IMG/VR virus record: IMGVR_UViG_3300047321_000238 | Location: 124,001 to 188,000 of that record | DNA length: 64,000 nt | Reading direction: 5' to 3' (one strand) | Notes under the pieces: generated by a model | Database searches by the model: none | Seen by the model: the letters and a program-made list of their open reading frames with translations, nothing else | Told to the model about the DNA's origin: nothing | In this document: positions 10,036-19,912 of the stretch, in pieces | Layout: each line of letters begins with the position of its first letter | Position numbering within the stretch: position 1 is the stretch's first letter | Made by a program: the position numbers and the translations under genes

Positions 10036-11229
10036 ATGAGTGATATGACATTAGCTGAAAGAAAGAAAAAGTTGGACAAATTATCAGACGGGTATAACAA
10101 GGAAAAAGGCAGAACAATAATAGGAAGACTATCACATAATGAAGACCTTAAAAACAAATTGAAAGTTACTTTCGTAGAAACGCCATCAATGAATGTAAAT
10201 GATGCATTAGGTGGAGGATGGGCCAAGGGTAGAATATCTATCTTAGCTGGTAATCCTGACTCAGGAAAAACTTTTCATTTGCTTGAAACAATAGGTGAGA
10301 ACATGAAAAAAGATCCAGACTTTATAGCTGGATGGCTTGAATCAGAAAAGTCTATATCTGAAAAAGATTTAGAGTTGTTTTGTATTGATCCAGAAAGATT
10401 CTTCTATTTAGAAATAACTAGAGAAGGAGCTGCAGAAGAAGCTTTAGATGCTACTGAATCAGCTTTACTTACTGGAACATTAGATATGTTTGTAATCAAT
10501 TCATTAAAGTGTTTAGTTCCTAAAGAAGAATTAGATAAATCAATGGGAAGTATGCAAGTTGGACTTCAAGCAAGAATGAATGCTAAGATGATGAGAAAGC
10601 TTACTGCAACAGTAGCTGAACAAAATGTAGCATTTATAATGATTCAACATTTAACTACTCAAATTGGTGGTATGATGTATGGAGATCCATTAATAATTGG
10701 TGGAGGAAAAGCCATAATCTATGGTGCTTCAGTTATAGCTGATGCTAGAAAGCTTTCTATAGGACCAGATGATCCTATAAAGAAAGAAGAAGGCGTTAAG
10801 ATAGGATTTACCGTAAGAAAGAATCACGTTGTTACGGACAAGTTCCCTTATGTTAAAACTGAATACTTTGGAATATTTGGACTTGGTACTGAGAAGTATC
10901 TTGAATTAATCCAATTAGCTGTTGCTAGTGGAGTTATCGTTAAAGGTGGTGCTTTCTATAAAGTTCCAGACGAAAACGGAGATCCTGAAATTAGAAACGG
11001 TGAAAAGATGCAATGGCAAGGTACTGCAAAGTTTAGACAATATTGCATAGAAAACCAAACATTCTTTGAGGAAATTAAATCAAAAGTAAATGGCAAAACT
11101 GTTGTTGAAAATCTATCTGATGATGAAGTAGATGAAATCAAAGCTGCTGAAGCTAAGATAGAAAAAGAAATCAAAGAAGTAGTTCCAGAAGAAGATATCA
11201 TTGAGAAAGCTAACAAAAAGAAAAAATAG
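10036..11229 (+). CDS. recA: RecA/UvsX-family recombinase
   Basis: Walker A AGNPDSGKT, VGLQARM...MRKL, GGKAIIYGASV; divergent phage type. Confidence 0.88.
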   Translation: MSDMTLAERKKKLDKLSDGYNKEKGRTIIGRLSHNEDLKNKLKVTFVETPSMNVNDALGGGWAKGRISILAGNPDSGKTFHLLETIGENMKKDPDFIAGWLESEKSISEKDLELFCIDPERFFYLEITREGAAEEALDATESALLTGTLDMFVINSLKCLVPKEELDKSMGSMQVGLQARMNAKMMRKLTATVAEQNVAFIMIQHLTTQIGGMMYGDPLIIGGGKAIIYGASVIADARKLSIGPDDPIKKEEGVKIGFTVRKNHVVTDKFPYVKTEYFGIFGLGTEKYLELIQLAVASGVIVKGGAFYKVPDENGDPEIRNGEKMQWQGTAKFRQYCIENQTFFEEIKSKVNGKTVVENLSDDEVDEIKAAEAKIEKEIKEVVPEEDIIEKANKKKK

Positions 11230-11237
11230 TAATGGGG

Positions 11238-11259
11238 GAGAGCCTTTGTGCTCTCTTTT
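11238..11259 (+). terminator. Rho-independent terminator
   Basis: GAGAGC-6-GCTCTC followed by TTTT. Confidence 0.65.
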
Positions 11260-11284
11260 CTATTATATGAAAGAAGGTTGATTT

Positions 11285-12001
11285 GTGGAAATAAACAAAA
11301 TAATTCAACAAATACAATATGAAGAAAGAGTTTTCAACTTACACTCTATTGCAAAGCAAGGTAATATTATAATAAATCCTTTAGAAGGCTTTATGCCTGA
11401 AGGAATAAGTAAGAAGGCTTGTATTCACATAGCAGGAGACGAGGAAGTTGGAAAGACATCTTTAGGATTAGAGTTTGCCTACCGTAATCCAGATAAGATA
11501 GTAATTTATATAGACACATACTTTAAGTTACAACCCGAAAATGTACCTGATAATATGTATATATTTAGATCAAACAAGGTTGAAGAAATCATGGAGTATC
11601 TAAAAAAACTACGCAACAGAACAGCTGATCTTATAATCATAGATGCAATATCTAATTTATTGTTACCAGAAGAACAACATCATAGTATGGCAAGTGCATA
11701 TATAGCACAGAGATTTAATGCTTTTAATACATCTTTAATAAAGATAATAACAAGATGTTGTACAATAAATGCTTGTTTAATATTACTTAATACTATTAAT
11801 GGTAGTGGAGTACCTTCAAATTACAGTACACAAATAAAATACCAATGTTCATTGGATTTATTATTAACAGAGAAACGAAAAGATGGAGATAATTATTGGG
11901 TGACTTTAGTCGCTGATAAATGTAAGACATATGATCTAGGAAAAAATAGGAGTAGAACAATATTATTAACAGGGCAAGGAGATGATATAGATGTCGTGTG
12001 A
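11285..12001 (+). CDS. Short RecA-fold paralogue (RadB-like)
   Basis: IHIAGDEEVGKT Walker A, VIYIDT, DLIIIDAISNL Walker B. Confidence 0.7.
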   Translation: MEINKIIQQIQYEERVFNLHSIAKQGNIIINPLEGFMPEGISKKACIHIAGDEEVGKTSLGLEFAYRNPDKIVIYIDTYFKLQPENVPDNMYIFRSNKVEEIMEYLKKLRNRTADLIIIDAISNLLLPEEQHHSMASAYIAQRFNAFNTSLIKIITRCCTINACLILLNTINGSGVPSNYSTQIKYQCSLDLLLTEKRKDGDNYWVTLVADKCKTYDLGKNRSRTILLTGQGDDIDVV

Positions 12002-12635
12002 GTATGGATATGATGATTGTCAGAATGCAGATAAGTGTTACTTATGTGTAGATGAGAGTCAATATAGAGCACCAAAAAAAGTAGCTCCAAAAAAGAACAT
12101 AATAAAAACTAAAAAGACTGGACGTATGGGAGCAATTTCAGAAGAGAAGTCTTTTAATCAAATGCAAAGTGCATTAAGTACAAGCGTAACAGGAACTCCA
12201 AATAGTGGAGCAGGAAAAGTAAAAGGTGATGAACAAATAAGAGGACTTATTAATGTAATGATTGAACTTAAGACAACTACAAGGAAGAACATTAATAAAG
12301 AGCCAGGTAAAGAAACCTTTACTGTTCAAAGAGCACATCTTGAAAAATTAGAAAGAGAAGCTAAAGCAGAGAATATGGAATTTCAATTTCTTAAGTTTAG
12401 TTTTAAAGAACATGATGATAGATTCTATTGTGTAACAAGAGATGAAGATATTATAGATATGGTAGTTACAATGAAACATGATAGAGAAGAACTTACTAAG
12501 GTACAAAACGAAGTTGATGTTCATAAGAGAAGAACAGAACTAGTGGAGGCACAAAATACTGCATTACTTGCAGAGATAGAATTATTAAAAGCTCAATTAA
12601 AGGTAGCTAATAGTGACTACAAGTTAGGAGAGTAA
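11991..12635 (+). CDS. PD-(D/E)XK nuclease, Holliday-junction-resolvase-like, with N-terminal Cys cluster
   Basis: PNSGAGKVKGD...IELKT motif; context next to recA. Confidence 0.65.
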   Translation: MSCEYGYDDCQNADKCYLCVDESQYRAPKKVAPKKNIIKTKKTGRMGAISEEKSFNQMQSALSTSVTGTPNSGAGKVKGDEQIRGLINVMIELKTTTRKNINKEPGKETFTVQRAHLEKLEREAKAENMEFQFLKFSFKEHDDRFYCVTRDEDIIDMVVTMKHDREELTKVQNEVDVHKRRTELVEAQNTALLAEIELLKAQLKVANSDYKLGE

Positions 12636-12636
12636 T

Positions 12637-12858
12637 ATGGAGTTATTAGATTATATAAAACAAATTCAAATCATAACTCCAAAGCCTGGAGACATTGTAA
12701 TTGTAACAGTTGAAGAAAACATTACAGACAATGTAACAGAACAATTAGCTAAGTGTTTAGTTAGTGAATTCAATGATAGAGGATTGACTAAAGACAACAT
12801 ATCAGTAATTTTATACAAAGGTGATGTAAAGCTTAATGTTATAAGAAAGGAAGAATAG
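12637..12858 (+). CDS. Small protein with ME[LI]L N-terminal tag (MELLDYI)
   Basis: SD AGGAG; starts 1 nt after the upstream stop. Confidence 0.75.
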   Translation: MELLDYIKQIQIITPKPGDIVIVTVEENITDNVTEQLAKCLVSEFNDRGLTKDNISVILYKGDVKLNVIRKEE

Positions 12859-12859
12859 A

Positions 12860-13588
12860 ATGATAGAAGATCAAATTTTAGAATTAATAGATCAAGCGGA
12901 TCCAGCAAATCCTATTGATTTTGTTCATAAGTTAGTAAAACCTTTAGCTAAGAAGAAACTAGATGAATATATCCTTGGATGTGAAGATTGTGATATATGT
13001 AATACAAAGAAAACTATCACTAATGGAAATCCTAATGCAAGTATATTAATCATCGGCGAATCTTCAACAGAAGATCAACAAACAGATTCCTCAGCTGAAA
13101 TTTTTCCTTTCAATAATGAATCAGGGGAATCTTTAGCTAAAGTATTGGAAAAACTTAATGTAAATAAAGATGAGATATTCTTTATGAATAGTGTAAATTG
13201 TTTTCCTCATAGAGAGAACAATGGTATTAAAATTAAGAGAGCTCCTACTAAGACCGAAAGAACTAATTGTAAAGTCTTTTTAGATTATGCAGTTAAGATG
13301 GTTGAGCCTTTATTAATCATATGTTTAGGAGGTGTTGCTACTAATGACATAAACGAAGAAATTGGAAAGCAAAACATATCTAAAATAAGAGGTCAATATT
13401 TCATGTATCGCGGCGTGAATGTAATGCCAACTTATCACCCAGGCTATTTTATTGAACTAGAGAAGTCTGAAAGACTAGATGACGAAACTATATCGAGTTA
13501 TACATGGGACTTCTTTAACGACCTACAGAAAGCATTTACAGACTTACAAAAGCAATATCCAAACTTAAACATAATAAACAAGGAGTGA
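12860..13588 (+). CDS. Uracil-DNA glycosylase family 4 (Fe-S)
   Basis: CEDCDIC, GNPNASILIIGE, NSVNCFP, PTYHPGY. Confidence 0.85.
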   Translation: MIEDQILELIDQADPANPIDFVHKLVKPLAKKKLDEYILGCEDCDICNTKKTITNGNPNASILIIGESSTEDQQTDSSAEIFPFNNESGESLAKVLEKLNVNKDEIFFMNSVNCFPHRENNGIKIKRAPTKTERTNCKVFLDYAVKMVEPLLIICLGGVATNDINEEIGKQNISKIRGQYFMYRGVNVMPTYHPGYFIELEKSERLDDETISSYTWDFFNDLQKAFTDLQKQYPNLNIINKE

Positions 13589-13593
13589 TGCTA

Positions 13594-13791
13594 ATGAGAG
13601 TTCAGTTTATAGAAAGAGATACTACAGAAGTTTTAGAACAACAAATAGGATCATCAGGAATATTTGTTCCAGATAGACATGACCATGTTAACATTGAAAA
13701 TAAAAAATGGTGTGTTGATTCAAGAGAAGTTAAAGATATTCATAAAGGAGAAGTAATTGTTTGGCTATATGATGATACAAGACGATATTAA
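13594..13791 (+). CDS. Hypothetical protein
   Basis: SD AAGGAG 8 nt before ATG 13594. Confidence 0.6.
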   Translation: MRVQFIERDTTEVLEQQIGSSGIFVPDRHDHVNIENKKWCVDSREVKDIHKGEVIVWLYDDTRRY

Positions 13792-13803
13792 GGAGTGATG
13801 TGA

Positions 13804-13983
13804 ATGACTTATGTATCTAACAAAGGTGAAAGAACAATAGGAGAACCAGTAAAAGTATTAGACGTAGTTGCTAATAAAGTCTTTTCTAAGATAAGAAAGA
13901 AAACTATAGTAAACGAAAACGACAGTTCCTTGAAAAAATATATAGCAGTAATTTATGAGATAGAAGGTGAAGAATATCAATAG
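13804..13983 (+). CDS. Small hypothetical protein (59 aa, below track cut-off)
   Basis: SD AAGGAG; open frame MTYVSNKGE... fills the gap. Confidence 0.55.
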   Translation: MTYVSNKGERTIGEPVKVLDVVANKVFSKIRKKTIVNENDSSLKKYIAVIYEIEGEEYQ

Positions 13984-14599
13984 AAACAAAGTTAGATTAA
14001 TTATATTCGAAGGTATTGATTGCTGTGGCAAATCTAGTCAAATGCTTTTAGCTTATGATGAGTTAATAGCTGAAGGTCATAAGGTTATTATGACTAGAGA
14101 ACCAGGGGGCACTCCTTTAGGTGAAAAGATAAGAGAGATATTGAAATCAGATATAGAAATTTCAGATATTGCTGAAGCTTATCTTTTTGCAACAGCAAGA
14201 GCAGAACATAATGTTCAAATCAATGAATGGATTGAAGAAGGATATATCGTATTATGCGATAGACATTTTATATCTTCATATGCTTATCAAGGAATTGAAT
14301 TAGCAAGAGAAGTAAATAGACCAGCTATTAAAGAAATGTTACAAGACAATGCCTATAGAGTATTCTATTTCGATATTAATCATGAAGAATACTTAAGAAG
14401 AAATATGGAAAGAAATGAAGATGAAGATAGATTTGAAAATTTGTTAAATAATTTTGATTACTTTACTAAGGTTAAATATGATTATGATTATTTAGCTGAA
14501 GCCTATAACGCCGTAAAAGTAAAATCTATGAATAAGTCTACTAACGAAATACATGAAGTCGTTATGAAAAACATATACAAGATAATTGAGGAGGAATAA
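13967..14599 (+). CDS. tmk: Thymidylate kinase
   Basis: IIFEGIDCCGKSSQ P-loop, TREPGGT, LCDRH...SSYAYQG. Confidence 0.92.
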   Translation: MKNINRNKVRLIIFEGIDCCGKSSQMLLAYDELIAEGHKVIMTREPGGTPLGEKIREILKSDIEISDIAEAYLFATARAEHNVQINEWIEEGYIVLCDRHFISSYAYQGIELAREVNRPAIKEMLQDNAYRVFYFDINHEEYLRRNMERNEDEDRFENLLNNFDYFTKVKYDYDYLAEAYNAVKVKSMNKSTNEIHEVVMKNIYKIIEEE

Positions 14600-14602
14600 G
14601 AA

Positions 14603-15634
14603 ATGAGTTTTTTAAGTAAAGCAAAAGAAACAGCAAATAAAATAAATGATGTGGCAGGAACTAAACCATCGTTACCAGGTGTTAAGCCATCACTTCCAGG
14701 AGCAAGACCACCAATTCCTGGTGCTAAACCACCAGTAGGAAAGCCACCAGTATTGGGTGCTAAACCATCAATTCCAGGAGGAAAGCCTCTAGTAGTTGCT
14801 CCAAAAGCAGTTGAATCAGTTGTAGAAGCGAAAGTAGAAACAGCTCCATTAAAGAATAACAATCCTTTTATTAAGAAACCAGTTGCAGCTCCTACAGTAA
14901 TAGGAAAGACAGAGGAAATAAAAGAAGAAGTTGTTGTTAAGGTAGAACCAGTTGTAGCAACTGAAACTAAAGTTGAAGAGAATACTGCACAAGAAGTTAT
15001 AGCTGAAAAAGTTGAAGAAATTGCTAAAGAAGAAGTTAAACCAGCAGCAACTAATAAAAGAAGAAGAAAGCCAGCAGGTAAAGCTGCAGCAGAAGAAGCT
15101 GTAGAATCAGACATAGACTCTGGTGCAGATACAATTGAATTTGTAATGCCTAAGTCAGAAGTTAATTTTGAAGATGCTTTATTGTCAATAAGATCAGGTT
15201 TCGTAGATGAAGCTTGGGAAGCATTTAGAACAGAAAATATTACTAGACTTAATGACATATTAATTTCTAATGATATGACAACTACTATGATTAAATCTAC
15301 ATTATCAGAGTTAAGCTTATTAAGAGATTCTACTTGGATTATCTTTAATGACACTAAGACTAATTTCGAAATACTTACAGGTAAAGAACCTGAAGGTACT
15401 ATAGAAAGAATCAAGAAGATGTCAGCTAAGGGTTCTAATCCAGATGAAAGAAAACTTAATGCTACACTTGCAGTAATGAATTATAAAGATGCTAACGGTA
15501 GAACTGTTAATCTTTATGAGTTGTTAGATGAAATGAGAGAAAGATATAACTTTACTAAGAGTTTAATGGATGCAATTTCATATAAAAACAGTGTATTAAT
15601 TACAATGTTAGGTTCATTAAAACTTGAAAAGTAA
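14603..15634 (+). CDS. Hypothetical protein with N-terminal Pro/Gly/Lys repeats and helical C-terminal domain
   Basis: KPSLPGVKPSLPGARPPIPGAKPPVGKPP low-complexity region; SD GAGGAGG. Confidence 0.8.
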   Translation: MSFLSKAKETANKINDVAGTKPSLPGVKPSLPGARPPIPGAKPPVGKPPVLGAKPSIPGGKPLVVAPKAVESVVEAKVETAPLKNNNPFIKKPVAAPTVIGKTEEIKEEVVVKVEPVVATETKVEENTAQEVIAEKVEEIAKEEVKPAATNKRRRKPAGKAAAEEAVESDIDSGADTIEFVMPKSEVNFEDALLSIRSGFVDEAWEAFRTENITRLNDILISNDMTTTMIKSTLSELSLLRDSTWIIFNDTKTNFEILTGKEPEGTIERIKKMSAKGSNPDERKLNATLAVMNYKDANGRTVNLYELLDEMRERYNFTKSLMDAISYKNSVLITMLGSLKLEK

Positions 15635-15661
15635 TTTATAATATAAGGAGGAATTTTATTT

Positions 15662-16387
15662 ATGAATATAGATAGAATCGCAATATCAAAAGAAATCAAG
15701 GACGCTATTATAGCTCCAATTCCAGATGCTTTAATTAAGCAAAGAGAAGGTGGCGGAAAGAAAATGCTATCTTATCTTTCTGGCTCTACAATAACTGATA
15801 TGCTAAATAATGCATTTGGTTATATGTGGTCATGGGAAGTAAAAAAAGAATGGATTGAACAATCAGAACCATCTATTAATAGATGGGTTAATGGTAAAAA
15901 AGAAAATGATCCTAACAAGTGGATTTCAGAAGCTCAAGGACCTGTTGCTCATGTTCTTGGTACAATAACAGTATATTTGAAGAATGGCAATAGTCCACTT
16001 CCTATAACTATATCTAAAGATGGATTTGGTTCAAAATCTGTACTTGGAAAACAAAACGATCAAGAATCAGTTTTCAAAGCAGCAGGAACAGATGCATTAA
16101 AGAAAGCAGCATCTTTATTCGGTATAGGTTTAGAACTATATAGAGATGAAGATGAAAGTGCATACTTCAATGAAATAAACTATGAAGATCCATGGACAGA
16201 TGAAGCTAAAGAAGCTAAGGCTAAAGAGATGGAGTATATAAGTAAATACATTGCAGATTATCAAGTATCTGATGAAGATTTTGATAACTTTGTATATGAA
16301 ACAACTGGAGATAGTTATGATATTACTCCTGACAATATTGATTTAATAGTTAATACTATTAAAGATGGATTAGCAGCAGCAAAATAG
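15662..16387 (+). CDS. Rad52/22-family (Sak-like) single-strand annealing protein
   Basis: GGGKKMLSYLSG...NNAFG..WS, KAAGTDALKKAASLFGIGLELY. Confidence 0.85.
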   Translation: MNIDRIAISKEIKDAIIAPIPDALIKQREGGGKKMLSYLSGSTITDMLNNAFGYMWSWEVKKEWIEQSEPSINRWVNGKKENDPNKWISEAQGPVAHVLGTITVYLKNGNSPLPITISKDGFGSKSVLGKQNDQESVFKAAGTDALKKAASLFGIGLELYRDEDESAYFNEINYEDPWTDEAKEAKAKEMEYISKYIADYQVSDEDFDNFVYETTGDSYDITPDNIDLIVNTIKDGLAAAK

Positions 16388-16438
16388 TATTTAGTAGAGG
16401 GGCCTTTGAGCCCCGATACTTTTAAGGAGGAAATTAAT

Positions 16439-16654
16439 ATGGCATTATTTACTCAAAATGAAGATATTGCATGTGGAACTTGTGGCAACACGACATTCAC
16501 AGAAGACGAAATGATTAGAGTTGTAAAAAAACCAGTAAAATTCACATTAACTGAAACAGTTGTTTATGAAAAAGTAGTTGTAGGAAACTACTTAAAATGC
16601 ACTAAATGTGGTGCTTTTATGACCAATATATTAAAGACAAGCAAGGAGACATAA
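16439..16654 (+). CDS. Small zinc-ribbon protein
   Basis: CGTC...CTKC; SD AAGGAGG. Confidence 0.7.
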   Translation: MALFTQNEDIACGTCGNTTFTEDEMIRVVKKPVKFTLTETVVYEKVVVGNYLKCTKCGAFMTNILKTSKET

Positions 16655-16657
16655 CAT

Positions 16658-17362
16658 ATGGAACTATTAAAACTAAAAGAACAAATTGATACTAGACTTC
16701 CAGCAGGAGATATGTCTGGAATAAAATTAAGAGAATGTAATTGGTCTGTTAAAACAGCGGGCCCTAGTCCAGATGATAATAATAGAACTGAGTTGTTCTT
16801 CCTTGGATGTAAAAAAGCTTTTAATGGCAATCCATGCAAGGGTTGTTTTAATAGTTCAACATGGGATGAATCAAAAGCTCTATGGACGCATGATCCAATT
16901 CTAATGGCAAAACATATTAATAACAATTCACCTAATAAGTATATAACTATAGGTGGAGGAGAACCAACAGACCAAATAAGAAATTTAATTATTTTATGTA
17001 AAGAATTGAAAAAGTATAATTTTCATATTATGATATATACATGGAGAGAATTGAAAAATCTTATCATAAAAGAATATGAATATAAATTAGATCCATATTC
17101 TTTTCAATTTGAAATATATGAATTATTAAAATATATAGATATGGTTGTAGATGGTCAATTTAAAGAAGAAGAACGCTTATGGGATGGTTCTAAAGAAGAT
17201 GGACTAATAAGTTCAGTAGGCTCAGGGAATCAAATCATATGGGACATAAGAAATAATTTAGGATATAGTATGAGAGATTTAAAAGGAATTAAATTAGCAA
17301 AAAATAATGATTTAATTTATTTAGCAAAAAATAAAAATATAGAAAAAATTAATTTATATTAA
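16658..17362 (+). CDS. Radical SAM protein, NrdG/activase-like, with MELL N-terminus
   Basis: CX8CX2C cluster motif, ITIGGGEP, DMVVDG.F, GSGNQ. Confidence 0.8.
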   Translation: MELLKLKEQIDTRLPAGDMSGIKLRECNWSVKTAGPSPDDNNRTELFFLGCKKAFNGNPCKGCFNSSTWDESKALWTHDPILMAKHINNNSPNKYITIGGGEPTDQIRNLIILCKELKKYNFHIMIYTWRELKNLIIKEYEYKLDPYSFQFEIYELLKYIDMVVDGQFKEEERLWDGSKEDGLISSVGSGNQIIWDIRNNLGYSMRDLKGIKLAKNNDLIYLAKNKNIEKINLY

Positions 17363-17380
17363 AATTAGGAGGAATATAAT

Positions 17381-18163
17381 ATGTCAATATATAAGGTAAG
17401 TTTTCCAAGTCCACATCCAGTAGCAGGTGAAGATGCATATGATGTAGTGGATACAATGGAATTAAAAAACACAAAGTTGAATGATGATAGTATAACTCAA
17501 TTTAATGAAGCTAAAACTATGCATGTAATAAAATATGAATTTGGTCAAAGAATGGCAATGCCTTCTAATAAAGAAGAAATATTTATTAAAGCAAGTTGTG
17601 CTTCTATTAATATAGAGGTAGAAGAAAAATTAGACATTCAAACATTCGTAGATGAAGTAGCAAGAGGAGCATATCAAAGAAAGACTCCAGACAGTTCTAC
17701 TTATATAATAGAAGCAAAAACTAAACTTAAAACAGCTTTTGCATCTAAGTTATTAGAACAAGGATGTTTAGCTATCAATACAAGATATAATAGTTTTGGA
17801 TATATCTACTCAGGTGTAGATAAGATAGGAACTTTTGAAAATATAAATATTATTTCAGAGACTCAATTTACAATAGATGATTCTCAATCTATCGTTGAAT
17901 TAGATAATGCAAATAATTTATCTATGCAATTATATATAGAAAAACAATATCCATTCTTAATAGAAATAGACAGCATGAGATCTAAAACTACAGCAGTATT
18001 GAAATCTATATTGAATTTAGAATCAGAAGTACCACAAGAAGTAATAGACTTAAAACTTAAAGATGAATATAACACGCAAGAAGAATTCTTTGCTGCTAGA
18101 AGAAGCATTATAAATACAGATTTAGTTGAAGATAACTATAGTTTAGAAGATATGGATATATAA
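17381..18163 (+). CDS. Hypothetical protein upstream of AAA ATPase
   Basis: SD AGGAGG; 260-aa ORF. Confidence 0.75.
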   Translation: MSIYKVSFPSPHPVAGEDAYDVVDTMELKNTKLNDDSITQFNEAKTMHVIKYEFGQRMAMPSNKEEIFIKASCASINIEVEEKLDIQTFVDEVARGAYQRKTPDSSTYIIEAKTKLKTAFASKLLEQGCLAINTRYNSFGYIYSGVDKIGTFENINIISETQFTIDDSQSIVELDNANNLSMQLYIEKQYPFLIEIDSMRSKTTAVLKSILNLESEVPQEVIDLKLKDEYNTQEEFFAARRSIINTDLVEDNYSLEDMDI

Positions 18164-18181
18164 GAAAGGAGATTACGTACT

Positions 18182-19849
18182 ATGAAATCGTCAATACAAG
18201 AGCTTAAACTTCTGTTAAAAGCTAAGGCCAAATGTATATGGATTAAAACATATGAAGAGCAACAAGTAATGACAGATATAAAGAAAATCATAATAGATGA
18301 GTTACCTAACACAAAACTTATGAGTTGGAGTTTCTTTGAGGGTTTGCAAGAAGAACCTTTAACTAAAGCTGAAACTAAGAAGGACACAGAAAAAGGGGTT
18401 AGTCCAGACCGACTCCTTGACATTATTATAGATAGTCAAAAAAGTGGAGAAGAATCAACAAGGCAAGTTGATGGAAGAATGATTAAAGAAGTCCGAAACA
18501 AAAACGAAAACATATGGATACTTAAAGACTTCCATCTTTGCAATGAAGGGAAATCTATCCTTAGAGGAATTAGAGATACAAAAGAGAGAGCTGCTAATGA
18601 AATGATAAGCTATAATCCGATTATAGTTATTTCTCCTATTGTAAATATCCCTTTAGAACATGAAAAATTGTTCACAATACTAGAATATGAAACGCCAAAT
18701 AAAGAGGAAATAACAAAGTTTCTAAATGCTTTTGTAGAATTAATGAAAAAAAGTACAAAAGCTGATTACGTTATTCCAACCGATCAAGAGTTGGCAAATT
18801 GTATTAACTTAGCTAATGGCTTAACATTAGAAGAAATTAAGAGTTATGCAAACAGGTCACTCATTAAATATAATGCTTTATCAGAAAAGATATTTTATCA
18901 AGCTAGACTTGATTTAATAAGAAAAACAGGAATCCTTGAATACAAGGAATGTAACGCAGGCATAGACGATATGGGTGGTAATGAAGCATTTAAGCTTTGG
19001 GTAGATGACATTAAAGATACATTCACTCCAGAGGCAGAAGCATTTGGTGTGGAGAAATCTAAAGGTTACTTAGGTGTAGGTGTTCCAGGAACATCAAAGA
19101 CTATGAGTGCCGAGATAATGGCAAATACTTTAAATCTTCCTTTATTACAATTCAAGATGAGTTCAGTAATGCATTCACACGTTGGTCAATCAGAAAAAAA
19201 TATGGATAATGCACTTAATGTTGTTAAGGCATGTTCTCCATGTGTTTTACTTATTGATGAAGTTGAGAAGACATTGTCTGGAACAGCGTCAAGTAACGGT
19301 AGTGATGGTGGTACTTTAATGAGAGTCGTAGGACAATTGTTAGAATTTTTAGGGGGAGATGGTAGTAAGGATATCTTTACTATTATGACTTCAAATAATT
19401 CATCAGCACTTCCACCAGAGCTTACTAGAAGCGGAAGAATCGATACTATTTGGTACTTTGGATTACCAACAGAACCAGAAAGAGAAGAAATCTTTAAAAT
19501 TCATTTTGGTAAATCCAAATTAGAATTAGAAGATGGAATAATTGATTATGCTTCTAACAAGACATTGCACTTTACTGGAGCTGAAATAAAAGAAACAGTT
19601 AAAGTTGCAATAAGAAAAGCCTTTAAAAGATACAAGATCGATGGTAATAATAAAATAACAGAAGCTGATATAGATTCTGCAATACCTGAGATTATTCCTG
19701 TATACGAATCGTCAAAAGAGAAAATATCAGTGCTAGAAGAATACTACAAGACTAGAGCTAGATTTTCTAATACTATACCGAAATTAGAAGATGTAGAAAC
19801 ATTTAGTCACGATGACAATGATATAATCGATTTTGATATTAATGTATAA
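18182..19849 (+). CDS. Ycf46-like AAA+ ATPase
   Basis: Degenerate first domain (ILKDFH), Walker A GVPGTSKT, Walker B LLIDEVEK, LPPELTRSGRID, FTGAEI. Confidence 0.85.
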   Translation: MKSSIQELKLLLKAKAKCIWIKTYEEQQVMTDIKKIIIDELPNTKLMSWSFFEGLQEEPLTKAETKKDTEKGVSPDRLLDIIIDSQKSGEESTRQVDGRMIKEVRNKNENIWILKDFHLCNEGKSILRGIRDTKERAANEMISYNPIIVISPIVNIPLEHEKLFTILEYETPNKEEITKFLNAFVELMKKSTKADYVIPTDQELANCINLANGLTLEEIKSYANRSLIKYNALSEKIFYQARLDLIRKTGILEYKECNAGIDDMGGNEAFKLWVDDIKDTFTPEAEAFGVEKSKGYLGVGVPGTSKTMSAEIMANTLNLPLLQFKMSSVMHSHVGQSEKNMDNALNVVKACSPCVLLIDEVEKTLSGTASSNGSDGGTLMRVVGQLLEFLGGDGSKDIFTIMTSNNSSALPPELTRSGRIDTIWYFGLPTEPEREEIFKIHFGKSKLELEDGIIDYASNKTLHFTGAEIKETVKVAIRKAFKRYKIDGNNKITEADIDSAIPEIIPVYESSKEKISVLEEYYKTRARFSNTIPKLEDVETFSHDDNDIIDFDINV

Positions 19850-19861
19850 ATATGTTATAAT
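19833..19861 (+). promoter_or_regulatory. SigA-type promoter with extended -10
   Basis: TTGATA-17 bp-TATAAT, TG extension; same TATGTTATAAT 11-mer as at 2530 and 31345. Confidence 0.7.
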
Positions 19862-19912
19862 AAAACCAGAAATTAAAAGTCAAAAATTTAAAATTAGAAG
19901 GAGGACATTATT

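Noticed and set aside
2-11229. Host chromosomal core region (clpPX, gyrBA, recA)
   Set aside because: Missing the usual neighbours (tig, lon, dnaA, recF); sequences are divergent and interleaved with phage-type genes.
14503-15414. 303-aa minus-strand ORF and other antisense ORFs in the track (e.g. 1951-2286, 26233-26628, 43871-44392, 34195-34509)
   Set aside because: Shadows of well-supported + strand genes with mirrored low-complexity composition, no SD and no motifs.
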